Source: Candidatus Heimdallarchaeota archaeon
GTDB taxonomy: Archaea > Asgardarchaeota > Heimdallarchaeia > JABLTI01
NCBI GenBank assembly: GCA_019058275.1
Contig: JAHLVW010000005.1
Span: 1 to 11,459, forward strand
Length of the DNA stretch: 11,459 bases
Reading direction: 5' to 3'
The stretch's first letter is position 1. Each line of letters opens with the position of its first letter. A program made the position numbers and the translations under genes. Shown here one piece after another: positions 1-6,830 of the stretch. Under the pieces are notes generated by a model, which was not told the DNA's origin, did not search any database, and saw nothing but the letters and a program-made list of their open reading frames with translations.

Positions 1-1
1 A

Positions 2-190
2 CCTAAAGCCTATCAATGGACTTTTATGTATCAGTTAGCAGTAGCAACAGATTTCTTTATACAACAAGATTTTGGTTTGCATGAAGTCCTTGATTGGACA
101 GCAAAAAGAACAGCTTGGTTGACAATATCATTAGTGATAGTAGTTTCAGAAATAATTGCATTGATAATGTTTATCGAAACTGAAAGATAA
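2..190 (+). CDS. 3' end of a host membrane protein (possibly an ABC-2-type permease), truncated by the window edge
   Basis: Frame is open from base 2 to TAA at 188-190: PKAYQWTFMYQLAVATDFF...WLTISLVIVVSEIIALIMFIETER*, with a hydrophobic C-terminal helix. The product is a guess. Confidence 0.6.
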   Translation, partial: PKAYQWTFMYQLAVATDFFIQQDFGLHEVLDWTAKRTAWLTISLVIVVSEIIALIMFIETER

Positions 191-211
191 AAAGAAAGTA
201 AAGAAAAAAAA
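189..211 (-). terminator. oligo-T archaeal terminator of the malic enzyme gene
   Basis: Minus strand reads TTTTTTTTCTTTACTTTCTTTTT a few bases after the stop codon at 215-217, between convergent genes. Confidence 0.55.
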
Positions 212-214
212 GGA

Positions 215-1573
215 CTATATTTTAGGTTTAATGTATTCCTTATCCATTAATAGCTTGGTTAAATCTCGAGAATATTTGATTCGTTCTTCAACCATCTTGT
301 ATAGTTCTTTTTCTTCCATTTCAACTCGAGCAATACCTTGTTCAATAGCTTTCATACCGACTGCTGTAGCTTCGTTTGGATAAACTTCCCACTGATCCAT
401 CTTAGGAATAACATATTCATTAGTTAGACCTTTCTTCTCAGCAACAGCTGTTAAAGCATGAGCAGCTGCTATACACATTTCATCAGTAATTGTTTTAGCA
501 TGAACGTCAAGAGCTCCACGGAAAATAGCTGGGAAACCTAAGCTATTGTTTACCTGGTTTGGGAAATCACTTCTACCTGTACCAATAACCTTCGCGCCTG
601 CTTCCTTTGCATCCCAAGGCCAAATTTCAGGCAATGGGTTTGCATTAGCAAAAACTATAGAATCCTTAGCCATATGTGAAATCCATTCTTTCTTTAGAGT
701 TCCTGGTTCAGATCTAGAAGCAGATATGATAACATCAGCTCCTTTTGTTGCTACACCAAAATCACCAGTTAACCCCTCAACATTGGTTTTTTGAGCTAGA
801 TCATATTTGAAAGTATCATAGTCCTTTTTTTCAACTATATCTGGACGATCTTTAACTGCAATTCCTTTTGAATCACACATAATAATATTTTTAGGGTCAA
901 TTCCAGCAGCTATTAACAAATAAGCTGTTCTTGTATTTGCAGAACCTATTCCTAGCATTGCTATTTTTACTTGATCCAATTCCTTACCTACAAATCTCAA
1001 AGCACCTAAAACACCTGCTAAAACAACAGTTGCCGTACCTTGAGCGTCATCATGAAAAACAGGAATTTCTACTTCAGGATCATTTCGCAATGTCTCAAGT
1101 ACTTTATAACATTTAGGTTTTGAAATATCTTCTAAATTAATACCACCAAAAGATGGTTGAATTAATTTGACAGTCCTAATTATATCTTCAGGATCTTTAG
1201 TATCCAAACAAATAGGAACAGCATCTACACCACCCAGATACTTGAACAGAAGACTCTTGCCTTCCATAACAGGCATTGCTGCTTCAGGACCAATATCACC
1301 TAAACCCAATACTCGAGTTCCATCAGAAACAACTGCAACAAGATTAGACTTATTTGTGTGCTTGTAAACTTCTTCCTTATTTTTCTTAATAGCTAAACAT
1401 GGAGCAGCAACTCCAGGAGTATACCAGATGCTAAAAGCATCAAATCCCCAAATCGAGCATTTAGGAACAGTTTGCATCTTTCCTTGATAATAAGGATGAA
1501 GTTTCATAGCTATTCCAGCAGGTTTCTTTGCTTTCTCAAGTAATTCTTCTTTAGTAACCTTTTTCTCAATCAT
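215..1573 (-). CDS. mae: NAD(P)-dependent malic enzyme (malate dehydrogenase, decarboxylating)
   Basis: 452 aa with family motifs [34 protein letters not shown], FHDDxQGT, GIGSA, DSKG, ANPLPEI and [25 protein letters not shown]. Confidence 0.97.
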   Translation of the reverse strand: MIEKKVTKEELLEKAKKPAGIAMKLHPYYQGKMQTVPKCSIWGFDAFSIWYTPGVAAPCLAIKKNKEEVYKHTNKSNLVAVVSDGTRVLGLGDIGPEAAMPVMEGKSLLFKYLGGVDAVPICLDTKDPEDIIRTVKLIQPSFGGINLEDISKPKCYKVLETLRNDPEVEIPVFHDDAQGTATVVLAGVLGALRFVGKELDQVKIAMLGIGSANTRTAYLLIAAGIDPKNIIMCDSKGIAVKDRPDIVEKKDYDTFKYDLAQKTNVEGLTGDFGVATKGADVIISASRSEPGTLKKEWISHMAKDSIVFANANPLPEIWPWDAKEAGAKVIGTGRSDFPNQVNNSLGFPAIFRGALDVHAKTITDEMCIAAAHALTAVAEKKGLTNEYVIPKMDQWEVYPNEATAVGMKAIEQGIARVEMEEKELYKMVEERIKYSRDLTKLLMDKEYIKPKI

Positions 1574-1607
1574 TATATTCGTCTTCTCTATAAATATTCT
1601 GCAAAAG

Positions 1608-1622
1608 CATTTAAACTTTTTT
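1608..1622 (-). promoter_or_regulatory. putative BRE-TATA promoter of the malic enzyme gene
   Basis: Minus strand AAAAAAG-TTTAAATG, about 35 nt upstream of the ATG at 1573. The region is AT-rich, so the match is weakly specific. Confidence 0.4.
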
Positions 1623-1693
1623 ATTTAAAATTTTATTTACTCAAATTGTAAATAGAAGAAAGAAACATGAATTAACTTATTATCAAAAAAAGA

Positions 1694-1707
1694 GAAATGC
1701 TTAAAAC
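1694..1707 (+). promoter_or_regulatory. putative BRE-TATA promoter of the tRNA gene
   Basis: GAAATGC-TTAAAAC, about 36 nt upstream of the mature tRNA 5' end (1743), compatible with a short leader. Confidence 0.4.
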
Positions 1708-1764
1708 AGATAAGAGAAACAAAAAAAATGCTAGGATTACTTGTCGAGGTAGCCTAGCCTGGTT

Positions 1765-1795
1765 TCGGATGTCCACGCGTGTTCATTCGCCGGAA
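1765..1795 (+). other. 31-nt non-canonical tRNA intron in the D loop (about position 20a/21)
   Basis: BHB: central helix CTGG(1759-1762)/CCGG(1790-1793), bulges TT^T (1763-1765) and AA^T (1794-1796), inner helix CGGATG(1766-1771)/CATTCG(1784-1789). Removal restores a normal-sized D loop. Confidence 0.85.
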
Positions 1796-1812
1796 TGGGC
1801 GCCTGACTCATA

Positions 1813-1849
1813 ATCAGATCGAAAAAGTTAGGGCCAGATTTGATGGGAC
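1813..1849 (+). other. 37-nt canonical 37/38 tRNA intron
   Basis: BHB: central helix CTCA(1807-1810)/TGGG(1844-1847), bulges TA^A (1811-1813) and AC^A (1848-1850), inner helix TCAGATC(1814-1820)/GATTTGA(1837-1843). The outer helix is the anticodon stem. Confidence 0.92.
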
Positions 1850-1850
1850 A

Positions 1851-2036
1851 TCAGGAGGTCGCGGGATCAAAGCCCGCCCTCGACACCAATTCTTTATTAG
1901 GTTTAACACGGTTTAAACCCACCTTAGACACTAAGGAGGCAGGAGAATCCTTTGACTCTGTCGGGTTAGAAATCATTTCCAAATTATGTTTGAAACCGCG
2001 TTTCGGCATGTTTTTAGTATTGGTTTTTGAATTCAT
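1851..2036 (-). CDS. 61-aa ORF overlapping the tRNA 3' exon antisense; candidate Int(N) fragment of a split (SSV-type) tyrosine integrase
   Basis: ATG at 2036 overlaps the upstream gene. The frame runs through the tRNA acceptor and T arm (LVSRAGFDPATS*). No catalytic motifs are present, so the call rests on geometry only. Confidence 0.45.
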   Translation of the reverse strand: MNSKTNTKNMPKRGFKHNLEMISNPTESKDSPASLVSKVGLNRVKPNKELVSRAGFDPATS

Positions 2037-2376
2037 TTAATTTTTCTTCCTTATTTCTTGGTCTATGAAGAAAATCCCATAAAATAGCTGCTTTTGAAAT
2101 GCTTTTATCATAACAATCAGCTTTGAGATTTTTCATCGATGGTTTAGGTGGAACTTTCTTTTGATGAGAATTACGTTCTGTAAACCAATCTAGGAAATAG
2201 CTGGTAATAGCTAAAACCTCTTCTTTGGTGTTAGCAATATATCCTCCACCACCACTATGAGAACCAAACTTTTTATCGCATCTTATAGAATATTTGGCTA
2301 TAGTAGATGGCTTGATTTGTATTGAATAAAGAATTTTAGTCATATGAGTAAACTCATCTTTTCTTACCTGAAACAA
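2014..2376 (-). CDS. hypothetical basic protein (120 aa; alternative start ATG 2343)
   Basis: Overlaps both neighbours in the coupled array. No recognised motif. Confidence 0.7.
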   Translation of the reverse strand: MFQVRKDEFTHMTKILYSIQIKPSTIAKYSIRCDKKFGSHSGGGGYIANTKEEVLAITSYFLDWFTERNSHQKKVPPKPSMKNLKADCYDKSISKAAILWDFLHRPRNKEEKLNEFKNQY

Positions 2377-3937
2377 TCATTTCTTTTTCAATCTGAAAGA
2401 GCTCATTATTCTTCAGAGTGTAATCATTAAGAATAGCAGCTGCTTTATCTGCATCAGACCAGATTTTATTCAATAATTCAGCAACTTCAGATTCATTAGA
2501 TGCAGCACGACAGACCTTTTGAACAGTAATTTCTTTGGGAACATTTCTATCCCTAAGCATTTGATTAAAACGTGCTTGGGTCCAGATCTCAATATTTCTT
2601 CTTGCAGCATATTCAGCCACAGAAAGAGTCTCATCACCAAGCTTAATTTTTTCATTACTAAAAGAAGAAGCTGCAAAAATTGGTACTATACCGGACTTAA
2701 TAACTCTACCTCTTTGAGAATCAGTTCCAAAAGCCTTACTCCAACGAAGGACTTCAAAGAAATCATCGAGAGTTTTCTTGGAAACAAGAGACCATTTAGC
2801 CTCGAGAACATAGATAGTTGGAGATTTAGCAAACATGGTAGGTGAAACTTCCCAAACACGATCAACTTCAGCATTTTGCCTGCGATCGCCAACTGATTTA
2901 ATTAAATGCAAAGTGATCCTCCGGGGATGCATGCCTCTCTTAGAAATTAGAGGATCAAGAGCAGCTTTCCTAATATGGTCCTGGGTCCAGAAAGTAACAT
3001 CTCTAGTAAATTTATCAACAAACCAGCCAACGACTGCTTCCCAATTATGGCCTAACCGGTTATATCTTCCAGCAACTTTTCGAAGCCAATTTCCCTTAAG
3101 ATTGATTTGAGCTTGTAATTGCTTTTCATCAATTAGGGTAGAATCATAATAGAATAGAAAACGATTAAAGATCCTAACTGTTTTGAAATGAGGATAAAGC
3201 TCTAAACAACGTTTCAAAGCATAATCTAAAGTTTCTCGAGAAACATCAAGAAGATTATCCAGGTAAAAACGAGCTGTAATTTCCCTTCGGTGAGAATTAC
3301 TAAGAATGGCATCATGAAGCCTGTAAATTCGTTGCAGCAAAGGATTTTCACTAGATCTATCCTGTAGTCTTTTTTCAGTTCGTTCAAGAGCCTCTTCAAT
3401 AGCTTCTCGAATAGGTTTATCTGAATCTAAGAAGGTAATTAAAAAACCCTCACGAAAAGGAGATTCTCTTTCAACATGATGATAGCCACGGACAAAACAC
3501 ATTCGTTTCTTCTCCATTTTGCGGATAGTAGGCATAATATTATGAATCTTAATAGCATGATCTTTCAAAGCTTCAACAATTTCTCGAGAATAGAAAGCCC
3601 GATCTTTGTTCTCAAGAATGAATTCTCTTATCTTTTGAGCTTGATTAATCTTTGAAGGAAGATGTTCTGGTATTAATTCAAAGTCAGCTGTAATGTTCTC
3701 TGGAAGAGTATAAAGATAATAATGCCTGGTATTCCTGGTCCTGCCACGACGACCTCGATGTTGATAATCAATCTCAGAGATTCGTTTTTTAGAACGTGCA
3801 AGATTACCATTGTTCCATTGACGAAGGATAGCATCACTAACAATACCAGCATCAAGTGCTAATTCTTGAGAAATCTGTCTAACACTCCTAGGCTTCTTGT
3901 CTTCGAGAAGCAAGTAAATTTTTGAGATAGTTTTCAA
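2354..3937 (-). CDS. tandem winged-helix + C-terminal PD-(D/E)XK (restriction-endonuclease-like) nuclease protein, 527 aa
   Basis: HTH-like segments RSVRQISQELALDAGIVSDAILRQWNNGNL and FYSREIVEAL...IMPTIRKMEKK. Nuclease-like core GHNWE...EVDRVW...VLEAKW...LDDF...FAASSFS. TTGA start/stop overlap with the RHH gene. Confidence 0.75.
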   Translation of the reverse strand: MKTISKIYLLLEDKKPRSVRQISQELALDAGIVSDAILRQWNNGNLARSKKRISEIDYQHRGRRGRTRNTRHYYLYTLPENITADFELIPEHLPSKINQAQKIREFILENKDRAFYSREIVEALKDHAIKIHNIMPTIRKMEKKRMCFVRGYHHVERESPFREGFLITFLDSDKPIREAIEEALERTEKRLQDRSSENPLLQRIYRLHDAILSNSHRREITARFYLDNLLDVSRETLDYALKRCLELYPHFKTVRIFNRFLFYYDSTLIDEKQLQAQINLKGNWLRKVAGRYNRLGHNWEAVVGWFVDKFTRDVTFWTQDHIRKAALDPLISKRGMHPRRITLHLIKSVGDRRQNAEVDRVWEVSPTMFAKSPTIYVLEAKWSLVSKKTLDDFFEVLRWSKAFGTDSQRGRVIKSGIVPIFAASSFSNEKIKLGDETLSVAEYAARRNIEIWTQARFNQMLRDRNVPKEITVQKVCRAASNESEVAELLNKIWSDADKAAAILNDYTLKNNELFQIEKEMIVSGKKR

Positions 3938-4140
3938 AGCTCATCAGGGATTTGTTTGGACTCTTTTCTAAAGAGTTCTTTTATTGCTTGTCTGATAAGA
4001 TCAGTCTTATTGCCATAGAGTCCTCGAGCAAGCATTTCATTAGCTTGTTCAGCAGGTTCACCTATAATTGAAATATCAGCTCTAAAAACATCTTTTTTAG
4101 GCAATTGCTTTTTTATTTGAGTTTCAGATTTACTAGCCAA
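3934..4140 (-). CDS. ribbon-helix-helix (CopG/Arc/MetJ-type) DNA-binding protein
   Basis: Beta strand RADISI followed by EQANEMLARGLYGNKTDLIRQAIKELF, matching the G-x-Y-x-(S/N)-x-(S/T)-(E/D)-x-IR-x-A pattern of archaeal RHH proteins. Confidence 0.85.
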   Translation of the reverse strand: MASKSETQIKKQLPKKDVFRADISIIGEPAEQANEMLARGLYGNKTDLIRQAIKELFRKESKQIPDEL

Positions 4141-4142
4141 AT

Positions 4143-4391
4143 TTATTTATCAACTCCTTTCTTTTTCACATTACGATTTTGTTCATGCCAAAGCAACCAA
4201 TTAGGACAGAGAGCTTTATTCTCTTTTGTTCTGCCAAAAACTTTGAATAAAGTAGAAATATTACCAACATGATAAGCAATCATCTGACCTTTTTGTTGTT
4301 CTCTAGCTTTTCTTAATTTAAAATCAAATTCTTTGAATAATTTAATTCCTCGATCCTTCAATTGTTGTAATTCCTTAATTTCACTAATCAT
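4143..4391 (-). CDS. hypothetical basic protein (82 aa)
   Basis: Fits the array. Its 3' end carries a GGAG motif upstream of the next gene. Confidence 0.7.
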   Translation of the reverse strand: MISEIKELQQLKDRGIKLFKEFDFKLRKAREQQKGQMIAYHVGNISTLFKVFGRTKENKALCPNWLLWHEQNRNVKKKGVDK

Positions 4392-4418
4392 CTACTCTTC
4401 AAATCCATTTTTTTCTAA

Positions 4419-4562
4419 TCAATCATATCCTGTATCTTCAAGATCATGATTCATCCACCAGTCATCACATGTCTCACAGTAAGACATGTCAAAGCTAGTT
4501 TTCATAGGGTTACCACAAACAGGACAACAATATCCTCTAAAATCATCACTTTCTTCGCTCAT
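4419..4562 (-). CDS. 47-aa CPxCG-type zinc-finger microprotein (not in ORF track)
   Basis: MSEESDDFRGYCCPVCGNPMKTSFDMSYCETCDDWWMNHDLEDTGYD*. ATGA overlap with the upstream stop at 4559-4561. Confidence 0.8.
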   Translation of the reverse strand: MSEESDDFRGYCCPVCGNPMKTSFDMSYCETCDDWWMNHDLEDTGYD

Positions 4563-4786
4563 TTTCTTCCCTCTGTAAAAGTAATAGGTCTCTCTTTTTT
4601 TGCATTATTTAATATTCGAGTAATTTGTCCGATGCAATATGTTGCGTTTGTATTGACAAGCTTTGCTTTCTTCATTTCTTTTCTTAGGACGTCCAGGTTA
4701 AACTTCAGTTCCATGGCTTCATCTATGGATATAATAAATCCTTGTTCCTCAGTTTTGTTTTTTAGATTCTGCATGGTTTTTATCAT
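4559..4786 (-). CDS. hypothetical protein (75 aa)
   Basis: ATG directly follows the upstream TGA, and its stop overlaps the downstream ATG. Confidence 0.7.
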   Translation of the reverse strand: MIKTMQNLKNKTEEQGFIISIDEAMELKFNLDVLRKEMKKAKLVNTNATYCIGQITRILNNAKKERPITFTEGRK

Positions 4787-5128
4787 TCATCCTTCTTTCT
4801 CCTCAAAATCTTCTACTTCATATTGGATAAAATTAGAATTATTTTTCATACTATCCAATATCTCTTTTAATTTGTCATAATCTGCAAGTTGATTATTGTA
4901 TTTTTTGACCAGCAAATTATATTTATCAATTAATTGATTCACTTCTTTTTTCTCTTTTGATTGATTATATTTTTCCGCCAGTCGGTTGTATTCTTCTACA
5001 TTGGTTTTATATTCAGAAAATAAATTATCATAGCATTGTGCTCTCTTATTCATAAATATCAGAGAATAAAAAATATAACCTACCAACATTACTGTTTCTA
5101 TTATCATTATTACATAGCTTGTCATCAT
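4787..5128 (-). CDS. N-terminal membrane anchor + coiled-coil protein (113 aa)
   Basis: Hydrophobic YVIMIIETVMLVGYIFYSLIFM followed by heptad-like repeats EEYNRLA/EKYNQ, DKYNLLV/KKYNNQL/ADYDKLK. Confidence 0.8.
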   Translation of the reverse strand: MMTSYVIMIIETVMLVGYIFYSLIFMNKRAQCYDNLFSEYKTNVEEYNRLAEKYNQSKEKKEVNQLIDKYNLLVKKYNNQLADYDKLKEILDSMKNNSNFIQYEVEDFEEKEG

Positions 5129-5135
5129 TTTCTTA

Positions 5136-5543
5136 TCATCTCCTTTTTTTCTTTAATTCTTCTTTCGTCCCAAGATTTCTTCTCTTATTATCACTCTTCA
5201 CTATCATCTCCAAAAATTCAAGTAACCAACTTACAGAATCTGCTCCAAATAACTTCAGAAATAATAAAGTCAAACATTTATGACAGAAGGACCTTAATTG
5301 TGGATCATGTTCATCTAGAGGTAAATAGATTATTGGTTTCATACATCCACAAGAATAACAAATTCCTTGAATAGTATAAGATCTTAAACGAGAAATCATT
5401 TGATCAATACTCATTAATTGATCTTTACTAAAACCAATTATTCTTGGTTCAACATAATCACTTTTTTTATGGGAAGCAACCTCTTCCATAATTTCTGAAA
5501 ATTTCTTAATTTCTTTGTCAGTTATTTTGATACCATTAATCAA
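5136..5543 (-). CDS. hypothetical zinc-binding protein (135 aa)
   Basis: CYSC...CHKC pair. GGAGGT precedes the TTG start. Confidence 0.75.
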   Translation of the reverse strand: MINGIKITDKEIKKFSEIMEEVASHKKSDYVEPRIIGFSKDQLMSIDQMISRLRSYTIQGICYSCGCMKPIIYLPLDEHDPQLRSFCHKCLTLLFLKLFGADSVSWLLEFLEMIVKSDNKRRNLGTKEELKKKRR

Positions 5544-5545
5544 TG

Positions 5546-5929
5546 TTAAACCTCCAATTTCAAATAGTCGGCTATTCTTGCTTGTCTTGTTATTTGGAAT
5601 TTCTTAAAAGCTAAAGGATCATTCATTCGAGCTGTGAAAACAGAAATATTAACAGAATAGCATTTATCATAACGATTATTTTCAGGATTATATCTATCCC
5701 AGACAAAACATGAAAGATCCTTTTTAGAAATAGAATTAACCATCTGACAATCTTTGCATTGAAAAGCCAAAAGTTTCCCTAAATCAGGAGAATCATAAGA
5801 TCCTAAAAATTGTTGAGATGATCCAAACAAACTATGATGACATAGACATTGAATACTCAAACTATAACCTGTTTTTAAGAAATCTAAAATATCTATTTTT
5901 TTTCTATCTTCATATTCTATAATATTCAT
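5546..5929 (-). CDS. hypothetical zinc-ribbon-like protein (127 aa)
   Basis: CLC...CKDC. GGAGTG precedes the ATG. Confidence 0.75.
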   Translation of the reverse strand: MNIIEYEDRKKIDILDFLKTGYSLSIQCLCHHSLFGSSQQFLGSYDSPDLGKLLAFQCKDCQMVNSISKKDLSCFVWDRYNPENNRYDKCYSVNISVFTARMNDPLAFKKFQITRQARIADYLKLEV

Positions 5930-5932
5930 GTT

Positions 5933-6679
5933 TCAACACTCCAAAATTTTTTGAATAAAAAAATCTATAACAAAAACACCTTTCTGAGAGAAAACATGCT
6001 CAACAGCCCTCCAGGCGGGAACAAATTCTTTGAAAACAAAACTCTCATTATGCGGAAGAATATTACAGAGATAGTGCTCGCCAAAATCATCTAGAATTTT
6101 TAAACAAGCCAACATTTTCTGTTTCTTATTAGTATGAATTTCAAAAGAAAGATTGTTAGGTAAAAATGGCATAGTAGATAGTATCTTATCTTCGTAATTC
6201 TCAGCGTCGATTTTTAGATAGATTGGTTCTTTTTCTGTGAGATTATTGTCACAAAATATTTTTTTGAGAGTAGTTGCTGTTACCTCTCTCGCTTCCTGAT
6301 ATTTATGTCTTTTTTCTTCAAAAAATTCTTGTGAAACAGTAGCAGTAGAAGAAACAGTTCTATCAATATATAATGTTATTTTTCCGTTCTCATTGGAAAC
6401 AGCACAATTAATAATTGATACATTCAAATTTTTCTTGAATTTTTGCTCTAACATTCCGCATATCTCTTTCTGCGGTTCAACAGCAATTACTTTCCTAGCA
6501 TGAAGCATCAACTCTGTCATTGTGCCAATATGAGCTCCTATGTCTATACAGGTCGTTTCCGAATCAATTGTTCTCTTGTAAAATTTCTTCAGCTCTCTTC
6601 TTGCTTTTCCTTTCTTATATGCACGATATATTTTTCTTAGAAAATAATATATTAGATCTGAGAATTTTCCACTCAACAA
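5933..6679 (-). CDS. FkbM-family SAM-dependent methyltransferase
   Basis: Motifs CIDIGAHIG, VIAVEPQ, NCAVSN, LKIDAENYE and FEIH in the order typical of FkbM/Methyltransf_21. Confidence 0.92.
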   Translation of the reverse strand: MLSGKFSDLIYYFLRKIYRAYKKGKARRELKKFYKRTIDSETTCIDIGAHIGTMTELMLHARKVIAVEPQKEICGMLEQKFKKNLNVSIINCAVSNENGKITLYIDRTVSSTATVSQEFFEEKRHKYQEAREVTATTLKKIFCDNNLTEKEPIYLKIDAENYEDKILSTMPFLPNNLSFEIHTNKKQKMLACLKILDDFGEHYLCNILPHNESFVFKEFVPAWRAVEHVFSQKGVFVIDFFIQKILEC

Positions 6680-6683
6680 TCAT

Positions 6684-6830
6684 TCACTCCAATAAGTTCA
6701 TACAATACTCACACCAATGCTTCGGTTCAGGATAACCAATATTATCTTGAGAGCAGGAACAACAGAGATCTCGTTCACCAGGTAGAATGTTTTTGCAGAT
6801 GTTAGTGCAGGCACAGCATTCATTTGTCAT
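6684..6830 (-). CDS. 48-aa Cys-rich metal-binding microprotein (not in ORF track)
   Basis: MTNECCACTNICKNILPGERDLCCSCSQDNIGYPEPKHWCEYCMNLLE*, 9 Cys. It fills the gap between the nuclease and FkbM genes. Confidence 0.7.
   Translation of the reverse strand: MTNECCACTNICKNILPGERDLCCSCSQDNIGYPEPKHWCEYCMNLLE

Larger units (their letters stand above)
1743..1888 (+). tRNA. tRNA-Met(CAU), elongator type, with two introns (exons 1743-1764, 1796-1812, 1850-1888; 78 nt mature, CCA encoded)
   Basis: Acceptor stem GTCGAGG(1743-1749)/CCTCGAC(1878-1884), A73, CCA. D stem GCCT/GGGC. Anticodon stem CCTGA(1802-1806)/TCAGG(1851-1855) with loop CT-CAT-AA. T stem GCGGG/CCCGC. G1-C72 and the lack of three consecutive G-C anticodon-stem pairs argue against an initiator. 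Confidence 0.93.

Noticed and set aside
546-1367. Plus-strand ORFs 546-794, 931-1116 and 1167-1367
   Set aside because: Antisense shadows of the well-supported malic enzyme, with no motifs.
1813-1849. Box C/D guide RNA inside the anticodon intron (TTGATGG resembles box C)
   Set aside because: Imperfect box, no downstream CTGA within the intron, too short, and those bases are used by the BHB helices.
1737-1853. Read-through or recoding of the TGA at 1851-1853 (the frame stays open antisense across the rest of the tRNA)
   Set aside because: GC-rich tRNA antisense frames are often stop-poor. The extension has no protein-like motif and there is no other sign of recoding.
1743-1888. Initiator tRNA-Met or tRNA-Ile2(CAU) identity
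   Set aside because: No A1-U72 pair and no three G-C anticodon-stem pairs, so not an initiator. The acceptor stem and 37/38 intron resemble archaeal elongator Met more than the GGGCCC-type Ile2 stem, though Ile2 is not formally excluded.
1840-2040. Plus-strand 66-aa ORF
   Set aside because: Starts inside the tRNA intron and reads through the tRNA 3' exon on the same strand. No RBS or motif.
2470-3855. Nested or antisense ORFs 2470-2676, 2519-2845, 2686-2892, 2835-3110 and 3673-3855
   Set aside because: All lie inside the 527-aa gene in other frames and lack motifs or coupling signals.
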